This document shows positions 10,174 to 20,617 of a stretch of 64,000 nucleotides of DNA, piece by piece (the stretch's first letter is position 1; each line of letters starts with the position of its first letter). The stretch spans positions 62,001-126,000 of the forward strand of contig OZ025732.1 in assembly GCA_964019335.1 (NCBI GenBank), written 5' to 3'. The stretch comes from Diplonema japonicum (lineage: Eukaryota; Protista; Euglenozoa: Diplonemea). The notes under the pieces are model-generated. The model had not been told where the DNA came from and ran no database searches. It saw only the letters and a program-made list of their open reading frames with translations. The position numbers and the translations under genes are program-made.

Positions 10174-11236
10174 GGAAACACCCACTCTTCGGTTCCGAGG
10201 CCCCAAGAGGTGACGAGACTAGGACTCCAGGGAGGACCCCTCTCCTGCTCACCTACAACGGGCAGAGGAACAAACGCCCGGAACCCGAAGACGGCCCCGC
10301 CCTTCCCGCGGCCAAACGGGATCTCGCCGCGACGAGGCCGAACACCAGAGTCACTGGACTTGTCGCCCTTAAGAGGCTCACCAGGGAAGCAGACGTCGAC
10401 GGCCCTGAGGACCTGGATGAGCTTCGACACCTGGGCTTCCTTTCCCAGGGCGAGGCCGTCTTTGACCTCAGCTGCATGTCCAGGGCTTGCACACACTTCC
10501 TGGGTGAGACCCCCATGGTCACGGTCCCCCTCGACACACGCGTCGCGATCCCGTGTCTGCTGGTCTGTTATGACTCGACGTGGCTCTACGCTTCCCGCCA
10601 GGAACAGGGCTTTCGGTTGCAGACCCAAGGGTTCAAGGACAAGTCGTATCCGACTGTGGCAGCCCTACTCGCTGACTTCGTGGGGGCAGGGACCCTCTAC
10701 TACAGCGAGTCACAGTGGTCGACTGTGCTGAACTCCTACAACTAGGAACTACTGGAGACGACCCTACGCAATGTAGGAGTGCCGGCCCGGCGTGCTACGA
10801 GGGCGATAGGCTATGCAGGGTCTCACAGACCTCGCACCCTATGATTTTAGTTTCCACCTTTTCCTTTTCCACTTCTTGTCTTTTAACTTCCCTTCTGCTT
10901 TCCCAACATGGTTTCCGTCCCGGGTATGACGTTAAACTGCGTCCGCCGACGCATTTGGGTCAACATTCTCTGATGACCAAGCCGTCTTTCTCCGTTTCTT
11001 CTCCCCTTCTCTTTGTTATGTTATTTTCATTATTCTTTCTGGCGATAGACTGATACGGGCCATGGAAGCAACCTCTGCTTAATTCCTGGTACGTGGGAGG
11101 CTCCTCTTGAGGATGTCAGTCACCTTTTCCCTTTTTTACTCGACTCTCTGTTTTCGTATGCAGTATTTATTCTTTCCCACCCCTTTTTATCTATTTCTTC
11201 GCTTCTTCATCCTAACTTAACTTAAAACCATTTCAG
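10174..11236 (+). mobile_element. Fam-D 5'-truncated retroposon (ORF C-terminus to 10745 + structured 3' UTR ending CTAAC..TTTCAG)
   Basis: Homologous copies at 41469, 45193, 58393 and 62813 have ragged 5' ends and a common 3' end. Confidence 0.8.
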
Positions 11237-11519
11237 TTGCCCCCCCCCCCTCCTTTTTATCTTCTTCACTTTTCTTTCATATCCTTTTCCACTTTTTCCC
11301 ATTCGTCCCCTCCCCCACCCCCTTCACCTACCACCCACCACAGCACGAAGAAGGAAGAAAAAAAGTAGTATTTCATAAGAAGTTATCGGAATTTAGAAAA
11401 AAGAAGAATTGCGTCTCGTTTTTACACATATTTCCTCCTTTGCAAGATCACATTCAAAACACAGGGCTTGAGAGAGAAACGGAGCAGAAACACAACAACA
11501 AAACAAGAAAAAAAAGAAA

Positions 11520-12515
11520 ATGAACGATATGACAGTGTTCGTGAAGACGGGAGGCGGGGTTCACGATGTGGAAGTGTCGGGGAAGGAGACGGTGGGGATC
11601 CTGTACAAGAAGGCGGGGTGTGCTGCTGGTTTACTCGAAGGCAGGTTCAAACTGGTTTGGGAGGGTGAGGTCCTTGACAGGAATGGGGGTGAAGAGCTTC
11701 AGCAACTTGGGCTTGTGGAGGGCTGTGTGGTCCATGTGGAGAACAAGAGGAGAACCGTTCGTCTGGCAGAGCTGAAGGACGAGAACTCAGGAGTGGTTTC
11801 GGAGCTTGAGGGGCTTTTGTCAGCTGACCCTGAGCTTGTTCTGGTGGTGGAGGTGGGGAATATCGAAGTCTTGTCCATGCGCAAGAAACATCTTCCTTCT
11901 GGACTTCGGTTCCTCGTTGTCACCGACCCCACAGGCTGTGTTACAAGGATAGACGAAGCGTTTCTAAACAACTGCGACCACCTGACGTCTGCCGACCTCA
12001 TCCTCCCCAATGTTTCTACCATTGGCCATCAGTTTTTGATATCGTGCAAAAGATTAGAAACCATCGACTTGAATGCGATGACCAATCTTAATTCCATTGG
12101 TAATAGCTTCTTGTCAGGGTGCATACAAGTAGAAACCATCGACTTGAGTTCTATGGCAAATGTTTCTTCTATTTCTAATTTCTTTTTGTCTGGTTGGAAG
12201 AAACTAGAAACTATCGACTTGAGTGCGATGACCAATCTTGATTACATTGGGGATGGTTTCTTGTTTGGGTGCAGTAACTTAGAAACCATCGACTTGAGTG
12301 CGATGGCCAATCTTGATTACATTGGCTCTTACTTTTTGTCAAGGTGCGAAAAACTTGAAACCATCCACATGACTGCGATTACTCTTTCTTTCGTTGGTCA
12401 TTACTTCTTGGATAGGTGCGACAAACTAGAAACCATCGTTTTGAGAGGAGGCACTGATACTTTTAACAGGCTCATAAAGGCTCAGATCCCAACAGGGGTA
12501 AGTATACAGAAATAA
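11520..12515 (+). CDS. UBL + 25-aa LRR protein
   Basis: Paralog of 1639; ends with the same IVLRGGTDTFN..GVSIQK cap. Confidence 0.85.
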   Translation: MNDMTVFVKTGGGVHDVEVSGKETVGILYKKAGCAAGLLEGRFKLVWEGEVLDRNGGEELQQLGLVEGCVVHVENKRRTVRLAELKDENSGVVSELEGLLSADPELVLVVEVGNIEVLSMRKKHLPSGLRFLVVTDPTGCVTRIDEAFLNNCDHLTSADLILPNVSTIGHQFLISCKRLETIDLNAMTNLNSIGNSFLSGCIQVETIDLSSMANVSSISNFFLSGWKKLETIDLSAMTNLDYIGDGFLFGCSNLETIDLSAMANLDYIGSYFLSRCEKLETIHMTAITLSFVGHYFLDRCDKLETIVLRGGTDTFNRLIKAQIPTGVSIQK

Positions 12516-12601
12516 AAAGAAATTAAAAAAAAAAAGCAATTTTTTCTTTTCCTTTTTTATCTTTTTTTTTTTTTTTATGTTTCTCTTTTTTTTTATAAAA
12601 A

Positions 12602-12932
12602 AGGTGGTGGGGATAACATAGAAATATAAGAAGTACATCAGATGTGTTGTTCGCTGTTGACCTCCTCGTCGGTCATCACCGGTAGCGCCCCGAGTGGAAG
12701 ATCATAAAGCAGATGCTCAGGGTGACGAACAGGCAGCAAACTGCACGAGCGCAGAATCTTGGTTACCCGGAACGCCCCTGCTAGGGTTGAGCACACCGCA
12801 CGCATTAAGGACACGACGCGGAACGCAGAAGAAGCTACTGCTCGGCCGAGGAGCGCCCCCTGTAATCAAGTAGGTAGTTCGTGCTTCGTTGCACGCTTAA
12901 TGCCACCTAGTGTTGCAATCAAAGCCCCATTT
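12602..12932 (+). repeat. Fam-E short interspersed repeat
   Basis: Copies or fragments at 1219-1295, 9879-9985 (inverted), 19051-19335, 19411-19467, 25501-25698 and 26560-26718. Confidence 0.85.
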
Positions 12933-13267
12933 TCTTTTTTTTTTGCTTGAAACAAAAAAAGCAAACACTGTAAGTGAATTGTTTGTAAAAAGAAGAGCTT
13001 CGGCCTTGCTGCAAGGCTGCAAAGGCAGCAAGCTAGCCAGCAAGTAGGACGTAACGCAGCTTGCCCGGCTTTCCCGTTTTTATTCGACTCTCTGTTTTCG
13101 TATGCACTAAATATCCTTTCTTCTTCACCTGTTTTTTTACTTTTTCGCTTTTTATTCCCACTTGCAAATATCATTTGAGTTGCGCACCAATCCCTGTCCC
13201 CTTTTTAATTTAATTTTCGTATTTGCTTCATCAACAATATTCAAAGCTGAAGAAAGAAAACACAAAC

Positions 13268-13978
13268 ATGAGCCTCGCAGTGTTGATCAGGACTGTCGAC
13301 GAGGATGTGGTGCACGAGGTGGAGCTGGAGAACACGAAGACCTTACGCAAGTAAGAGTGCTGGCCCGGCGAGCTACGAGGGCAAAAAACCTCATTTCTCC
13401 TTGGAGATGAGAACATATATTATAGTGCGACATGATCAGACTGGAACGGCCGCCCCGGGGCATCCTCTGCTCAACCCGGCGGACGTGGGAGGCCCTTCTT
13501 CGGAAGGTGCCAGTCGCTTGATCAGTGTCGTCGAATGCGCGCTATATTTTATATTTTATAAGTACATATAACAATCGATTGAAAGAAGAAGAACGTTTAC
13601 CAAGAGGTGGAGCTGTCTGGGTTTGACAGGGTGAAGGACCTGTACAGGAAGGCGGCAGAGGCTTCTGCGGTGGAGGAGGGGATGTTCCTCTTGCACTTCG
13701 AAGGTGTTGTCTTGGATAATGATGGGACATCTGGCGGTGGTGGGAAGGAGCAGGAGATACAGCAACTTGGGATGGGGCAGGGGAGCGAGCTTCTCTTGTG
13801 CGGTATTCATAATAAACCACTTGATGTCAGTCATGTGGAGCTCTGGAGTCGAAGAGAGGAGATTGCAAGGCTTCTTGAGGAGAATCCTGAGCTTTCTCTT
13901 GCGGTGGATGTCACTGGTCTGGACTGTCTTGATGTCAGGCTCACAAGCAAGCTTCCCTCAAAGCTTCGGCACCTCAAG
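13268..13978 (+). pseudogene. Copy of the 4928-type UBL-LRR gene, interrupted by Fam-C and 3'-truncated
   Basis: Near-identical to 4928-5359 apart from the insertion. Confidence 0.85.
13328..13603 (+). mobile_element. Fam-C retroposon 3' fragment with 12-bp target-site duplication GAGGTGGAGCTG
   Basis: TSD at 13316-13327 and 13604-13615; the empty site is visible in the paralog at ~4976-4987. Confidence 0.9.
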
Positions 13979-14240
13979 GGGGTTATTGTGGGGGACTATT
14001 TTTTTTAACGCAAGAAGCTAGATGGTTCGTGATGAACGGTTCAAAATTTCACGGAACTACTTAGTTCGAAGGCGCTTTGTGGGTGGCCCGGGTGCTTCTG
14101 CGTTGCCGGAAGGGCACGTGGATTCATGTGTTGACAACTTATCCAGTATTTGCTTTCTTTCATGGCCCGCAATGTCAATATTCCATTCCTGAGCAAGATC
14201 CCAAAGCTGTGCCGTAGCCCACTGGGTATTGTGAGGCTGC

Positions 14241-14505
14241 TTTACGCAAGTAAGAGTGCTGGCCCGGCGAGCTACGAGGGAAAAAAACCCCATTTTCTTC
14301 TAGAAGATGAGAAATATGTTATAGTGCGACATGATCAGACTGGAACGGCCGCCCCAGGGCATCCTCTGCTCAACCCGGCGGACGTGGGAGGCCCTTCTTC
14401 GGAAGGTGCCAGTCGCTTGATCAGTGTCGTCGAATGCGCGCTATATTTTATAAGTACATAAAACAATGGAATTTAAAAAAAAAAAAAAAAATCGATTGAA
14501 AAGGA
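14241..14505 (+). mobile_element. Fam-C retroposon 3' fragment
   Basis: Matches ~13342-13585. Confidence 0.85.
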
Positions 14506-15295
14506 AAAGTATTTGAGTGTGGCACCGGCGATTCAGACCTCCCGTCATTTTGAGGGGTTAGGGAGGGCTGTGGCATGCCCCAAGCAGCCGAGGCGGGACG
14601 TTGATTGATGACTGCAGCAGAGCGCCGAATCAACGTGGCACTGTGGGTAGGGCAGGCACATGAAAAAGGTCATGCAACTGCTCGGCACCTTTAGCTGTAT
14701 GCGGACCATACAGCTGAGGGCACTTAGCAAAGTAAGCACTTTGAAGGGGTCGGACCCTTTAGGTTGTTGCGGGTGTTCCAATGGACACTACACCTGACGA
14801 GACTCCAGCAGCCTCCCAAGCCCTTGCAGCTTCTCAAGCCCCGACAGCTTCCCAAGCCTCTCAGACCCCCGCAACCTCCCAGCAACCACCTAACGCCAAA
14901 ACCAGGCGGTTTGTTTGCAACGTTTGTAGGTTCTCCACAGCCTGGGAGAAAAACTGTTAAAATTTCTAGGCATGAAAATCTTGGCACGATTTGGCATGTT
15001 AAGATTTCCGAAGTGCTCTAAGCCCCGCTCCCTGCTTTCCATGTGGCAGGCCCCCCTGCCCAAATAAGTACAACTCAAGTAAGTGTATTCCAAATAATTC
15101 TTTTTTTTTTGGAGCCCAAACACCCCCCCCCTCCACTGCCCAAATAAAGGGATTATTCGGACTTTACTTTTTTTTTTTTTTCCTTCATAAATCCAATAAG
15201 TTTTTTTTTTAATTTTTTTTAATATTTTTTTTTAGATAAAAATAATAAAAAAAGAATTAACAGGTTTTTTTTACCCCCCCCAAAAAAATATAAAT

Positions 15296-16279
15296 ATGAG
15301 TATCATGAAATACCTTCACCGGCAAACGGTTGTGAAAGCCTTCGTCCTCGCCTGTTTGTGGGGAGTCTGTATTTATTTCGTGGTGAGGCTGACCTCAGAG
15401 TACGAAGAAACAGGGAGGAAAAACACCGTGTCGTTGGAAGTACAAAGGTTCGAACAGTTGGAGTTACCGAACTTTGTAATATTCAGTGGGGCGGGAAGCC
15501 TGTGTCACTTCGAGCCAGTTGAATGCGTGTTCGCCGGGGAGAACGTAACAAAGGTTAACTGCATACCGGCGGTAATGGAGAAGAATTACAATGGGGAAGC
15601 TTCGTTACTCAACGCCACGACAGGGAGTAGCCTAGGGGTAGCGTTTAAGACCCCCTTTGACATTCTTCACCTCACCTTCAGCCTTGTACATAGAGGGAAC
15701 CTGTCTGCTGCCACACCTGAGGAGTGCGGGCTGTTATCTGCTGGACCTGACACGGAACTGTCGCAGTTTGTTGTTCCAGTGAGCGACCGTGACATCATTA
15801 TTGCATTAGGTTTGGGGAAGAATGAGGAAAGTTTAAGTTTAAAGGGTCTTGGAATCCCCTCATATGTGGGATTTGGTCAGATCGCGCACTTCACCTTCTC
15901 TCTAGAACAGGAGCTCTTTATCGGCGACAGCGACGCAGAGAACACCACAGCTTTTGGTTTGTCTCAATTTCCAAAATACCACAAGCGTGACGCGTTTGAA
16001 ATTCGAATCAGTGCCGCCTCGTTCCTTATCCGCCGCATCGTTCACAAGAAAGGCCAATCGTTACTTGACCTCATGGGAGGGATTTTTGGGTGGGTCGGTG
16101 TGTTCACAGGGGCGTGTATCCACAGTCTGTTCTCAACTGCCGTGGACGTTGCGACAAGGGCGAAGGGGGAGCAGGAGAAGCAGAAGCGCAAGATGCTGGA
16201 GAAGCAGGAGGAGAGCATGTTGTCACCTACGCCGTCGCTCTGTGCTTCTCCACAGGAGGCGCAGTACTTTCAGATTTGA
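15296..16279 (+). CDS. Two-TM DEG/ENaC/PAC-like ion channel subunit
   Basis: N-terminal TM, post-TM1 LPNFVIF, Cys-containing ectodomain; TM2 LLDLMGGIFGWVGVFTGACIHSL resembles DEG/ENaC GGxxGLxxGAS. Confidence 0.7.
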   Translation: MSIMKYLHRQTVVKAFVLACLWGVCIYFVVRLTSEYEETGRKNTVSLEVQRFEQLELPNFVIFSGAGSLCHFEPVECVFAGENVTKVNCIPAVMEKNYNGEASLLNATTGSSLGVAFKTPFDILHLTFSLVHRGNLSAATPEECGLLSAGPDTELSQFVVPVSDRDIIIALGLGKNEESLSLKGLGIPSYVGFGQIAHFTFSLEQELFIGDSDAENTTAFGLSQFPKYHKRDAFEIRISAASFLIRRIVHKKGQSLLDLMGGIFGWVGVFTGACIHSLFSTAVDVATRAKGEQEKQKRKMLEKQEESMLSPTPSLCASPQEAQYFQI

Positions 16280-16416
16280 ATTTTTTTTTCTTTTCTTTTT
16301 TTTTTTTCCCGGCGTTTTTATCGCAGTTTTTTTTTTTTTTTTTTTTTTTTTTTCTCTTCCTGGTACCTGGTACTCATGTCGTCTCAACACGGTCTGGCTA
16401 GACCAAGAGGAGGTGG

Positions 16417-16453
<37 letters not shown>

Positions 16454-16836
16454 AAATGTTGGAAGAATTCATATGAATTCTTCCGCACCTTACAGTAAAA
16501 GAAGAAAAAAAAAGGTGGGGTGTGTGTGGACGTTGTAGTCGTCTTGAAGCGTCACTCAAGGAACAAAAAGCACATCTGGTCGCCTCTCTCAGCAGACGAA
16601 GGGGAGAGAGGTGGGCTTGGCAAGCCAGCAGGATGTGTCTGATTTAAAAAAAAAGAGTCGGTTGATTGTTGTTTGTGCACAGCCGGGATTAACCTGTAGA
16701 AGGAGAAGCCCAACAATGCTACTTTTCATCTATTTTTTCGCTTCTCTATTCTAACTTAAAATCAATTCCGCTAGCACTACTCTTTTAGCACTAACTGGTC
16801 CGGCCCCATGTTCCACGTAAGGCGCAGGCCTCGGGA

Positions 16837-16874
<38 letters not shown>

Positions 16875-16985
16875 CCCTGGTATAGTGCCCATTTAATTGT
16901 TTTACAGTAGTTCTTCTTTTCTTTTTTTTTTTTTTTTGGAGCCCAAACACTCCACTGCCCAAATAAAGGGATTATTCGGACCCTT

Positions 16986-17025
<40 letters not shown>

Positions 17026-17199
17026 CTCTCATCTTGATTCCTTTTTTTAAAAAAAGAAAAAAAGAGAGACCGATAAAGTTTGAGCGAGGCAAAATAAAAT
17101 TACCCCCGAACGGGTATGAAAAAGAAAGAAAGAAAAAAAAAAAAGAGTCTTCAGTCTGGTTGTATGTGTTGTTCTGCTTCTTATAAGATTATAACCTGC

Positions 17200-17232
<33 letters not shown>

Positions 17233-18012
17233 AAAGAAAATATGAAAAGAAAAAAATAAAGAACGAAACTGCCTCGTCCCCGAACATTCCGTTTTTTTTT
17301 TTAATTAGGGAACGTTACAAGCTTAGAGACTAGTCTCCAAGTTCCTACCCCCCCCCCCCCCCCCCCCCCATTCTCAATCACAGCAGCCACCCGCTCACGT
17401 GCCAAACAGTTGGTTCCTTTTTTTCTTTTCTTCTTTTTTTAAAAATCCACATCCTCACCTCAGTGGTACTGGGAATACAAAAAAAAAATTATATTTTTTA
17501 GTAGGGGGAGGGGGATTAATTATTTTTTTTTTCATTCTGCTTTTTTTTGGAGGAGAAACCGCTGCTGAAAGGGGATAGGTGCAGGTAGAAGATGAGAACA
17601 AGGGGGCGTCTCACAAAGACTTCCTTTAACTCATATATATTTTTTCTTCTTCTTCTTTTTTTTTAAAAAACCTCCCTTCTTCCTCCCCACTGTTTTGGTG
17701 GTGGGGATGACCTGGAGATTTAATGATGTACATCACTAGTAGCATCCTAGTGGAACAACGTTTTTGATTCTCTTTTCTCGCGCTCTCGTGCGACCTATGA
17801 GGCAACGGTTACTGTTCGTGTTCTCTCCCCAGCCTGCTTGCCCTGTTATTAGGTAACTCTAACTTAAAATCATTTCGGTTGCCCTGTTTTAGCATGCAAG
17901 CAGGGTTATTCCTTTAACTATTTTATATTTCTCTCTTTTTTTTTTTATTTTTTTTTTTCTTATTTTATTTTTTATTGATTTCCCAAAAAAAAGGAAAAAA
18001 AAGAAAAAAAAA

Positions 18013-19002
18013 ATGCACGCGACGTTCCCACAGCGAGTGGCGGTCTGGTTGGCGCTCTTGTGCAGCATGAGCGCGTGTTTTCTCTTCATGCAGAGCCGCA
18101 CGGTGACAGGAGATGCTTCCTTCGAGGTTTCCAAGTTCGATGTGATGGAGGTGCCGAGCCTTGTCGTCTTCACTGATGCTTCACCAGAATGCGCTTTTAA
18201 ATTGAAAACCTGTTACTTCTCAAGCCAAGGAGAGTTCACAGACTGCAAGCAAGCGATAACCAACAAAAACTACGGCGGCCAAGTATCCTTGCTGAACGCG
18301 ACGGTGATGAGAAAGCTCGGAATTTTTTACTCCTCACCGCTGGACATGCTGTCAGTACAGTACTCGCTCACGTTTATCACAAACGGGACGAAGGCCACAC
18401 CGCAGGCTTGCAATCTTCTGTCCCATGGAAGAAACACAGAACTGTCCAAGTTTGTTATTCCAGTAGGCGATACCAACGTATTGGAAGCAATCGACAACGA
18501 CGACCATTTATTTGACATGAGGCGGCTTGGGGCACCAGCTTACATAGGCTACGGCATGATGGCACATTTTACATTCTCGTTGGAGCAGGAGTTACTCAGG
18601 GGACCTTCGGGTGTTAAGAATACGACAATCTTCGGGGTTTCACAACTTCCAAAGCACCTCGACAGGGATGCCATGGAGTTTCGCATCAGCGCTGCCTCCT
18701 TCAACGTCCGCCGTATTGTTCACAAGGAAGGCCAGTCGCTCATCGACCTCATGGGAGGGGTGTTTTTATTTACCGCAGTGTGCTGTCTGTTCGCCCTTCT
18801 TCTCGCCAAGGAAGCAGCGAAGAAGCGACACAATTGTCTTGCTGCAGGTGATGATATTGTGGGCACGGAAACAGAGCATGCTGTTGTTTCCTTAGTCCAA
18901 TCACCGCATTCATGCTGTGAGAATGATGCGGGAGCAGCCCCCACAGCGAGGGTCGTGCAGGTTCCACTTATGGCGCCGAAGCTGATTTACTATGATGTTT
19001 AG
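18013..19002 (+). CDS. DEG/ENaC-like paralog with replaced N-terminus and TM2/C-terminus (chimera or pseudogene)
   Basis: Ectodomain homologous to 15296; homology stops at LIDLMGG. Confidence 0.55.
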   Translation: MHATFPQRVAVWLALLCSMSACFLFMQSRTVTGDASFEVSKFDVMEVPSLVVFTDASPECAFKLKTCYFSSQGEFTDCKQAITNKNYGGQVSLLNATVMRKLGIFYSSPLDMLSVQYSLTFITNGTKATPQACNLLSHGRNTELSKFVIPVGDTNVLEAIDNDDHLFDMRRLGAPAYIGYGMMAHFTFSLEQELLRGPSGVKNTTIFGVSQLPKHLDRDAMEFRISAASFNVRRIVHKEGQSLIDLMGGVFLFTAVCCLFALLLAKEAAKKRHNCLAAGDDIVGTETEHAVVSLVQSPHSCCENDAGAAPTARVVQVPLMAPKLIYYDV

Positions 19003-20031
19003 AAAAAAATGCGATTGAGGCCAAACCCCCATCTCGGCTGTTTTCTTTTAAGGTGGTGGGGATAACATGAAAATATAAGAAAAAATCAGATGTGTTGTTC
19101 GCTGTTGACCTCCTCGTCGGTCATCACCGGTAGCGCCCCGAGTGGAAGATCATAATGCAGATGCTCAGGGTGACGAACAGGCAGCAAACTGCACGAGCGC
19201 AGAATCTTGGTTACCCGGGACGCACCGGCTGGGGTTGAGCTGTACACCGCACGCATTAAGGACACGACGCGGAACGCAGAAGAAGCTACAACTCGGCCGC
19301 GGTGCGCCCCCTGTAATCAAGTAGACAGTTCTTGTGCAGGGCGCCGCCAACACCGGCCTCCTTTAACTCATATATTCTTTTTCTCCCCCCCCCCCTTTTC
19401 TTTTTTCTTTAGGTGGTGGGGATAACTGGTGACGAACAGGCAGTAAATTGCACGAGCGCAGAATCTCGCCGCCAACACCGGCCTCCTTTATCTCATACAT
19501 ATATTTTTTTTGAGACAAGGGGGACGTTCCAAGACAGGAACCTCCTATCTCATCTCTTTTTTTTTTTGTTCCCCCGTTGACAAATATGAAGAATCACTCT
19601 TCTTTTTTTACTGAATAAAAAAAAAAAAGAACCCCCAACGAAAAAGTTTGCCCCCCCCCCCCCCCCCCCACTTATATTCATTATATAAGAAAAGAATCGA
19701 AGATTATAAAAAAAAAAAAGAACATGGAAAAAAAAAAAAAACTCTCACGAGGATGGGATTACCCTCCCCGTTGAGGAAAGTGGCAGAACTGTACTACCTC
19801 CCTTCAAATTTTTGTTTCCCTTTTTTTTTCCTTTTTTTTTGTCTCACAAACACTTCCTTTAACTCATATATTCTTTTTTTTTTTTTGGTTTTCTTTTTTG
19901 TCCTAACTCTTTAACAATATTATTGTCGAGACTAAAACTAGTTGATGGCAGCGTAATGAGCTACCCTCCCGCTCGTGCGCACAAACAACCCACCTAGTGG
20001 GTGCGGCCTTAGCAAGTCGAAAAGGAAGTGG

Positions 20032-20065
<34 letters not shown>

Positions 20066-20578
20066 AAGTGGAGCGCCAAACTAGTTTTCTCTTTGTTTTT
20101 GTAGCAGTGCTTTGTGCAGTATTTATTCTTTCCCACCCCTTTTTATCTATTTCTTCGCTTCTTCATCCTAACTTAAAACCATTTCAGGTGCCAGGACGCC
20201 ACGAACAACCGGCCTCCTTTATTTTCTTTTTTCTTTCTTTCCTTTCTTTTTTTTTTTTTTTTTTTGTTTCTTTTTTTTTTTTTTTTTTTTCCCTTCCCTC
20301 TTTGTTTTATTTTTGGAAAAAAAAAAAAAAAAGAAAAAAAAAAAGAGTAGAGGCAGCTTGTCTGTTTTATCCTTCGTAGGCCTCTTCTTCTCTTCTTTTT
20401 TTTTTTTCTTTTTTTTTTTTCGTGGGAAAAGATGTTCTGAAATGGATCCGAACGGTACCGTGCACAAGGGTGCACACACTACGATTCATCGGGACCGGAT
20501 CGTGAAGCATGACCTAGAGGCGTTAAGAATGGTGGATAGGTGCAGGTGGAGGACGGGAACAAGGGGGCGAGCCTCCTT

Positions 20579-20617
<39 letters not shown>

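Noticed and set aside
10779-11236. Group II intron (GTGCCGGCCCGGC resembles a 5' end following a hairpin)
   Set aside because: No domain V catalytic hairpin found, and the terminus is AG rather than AY.
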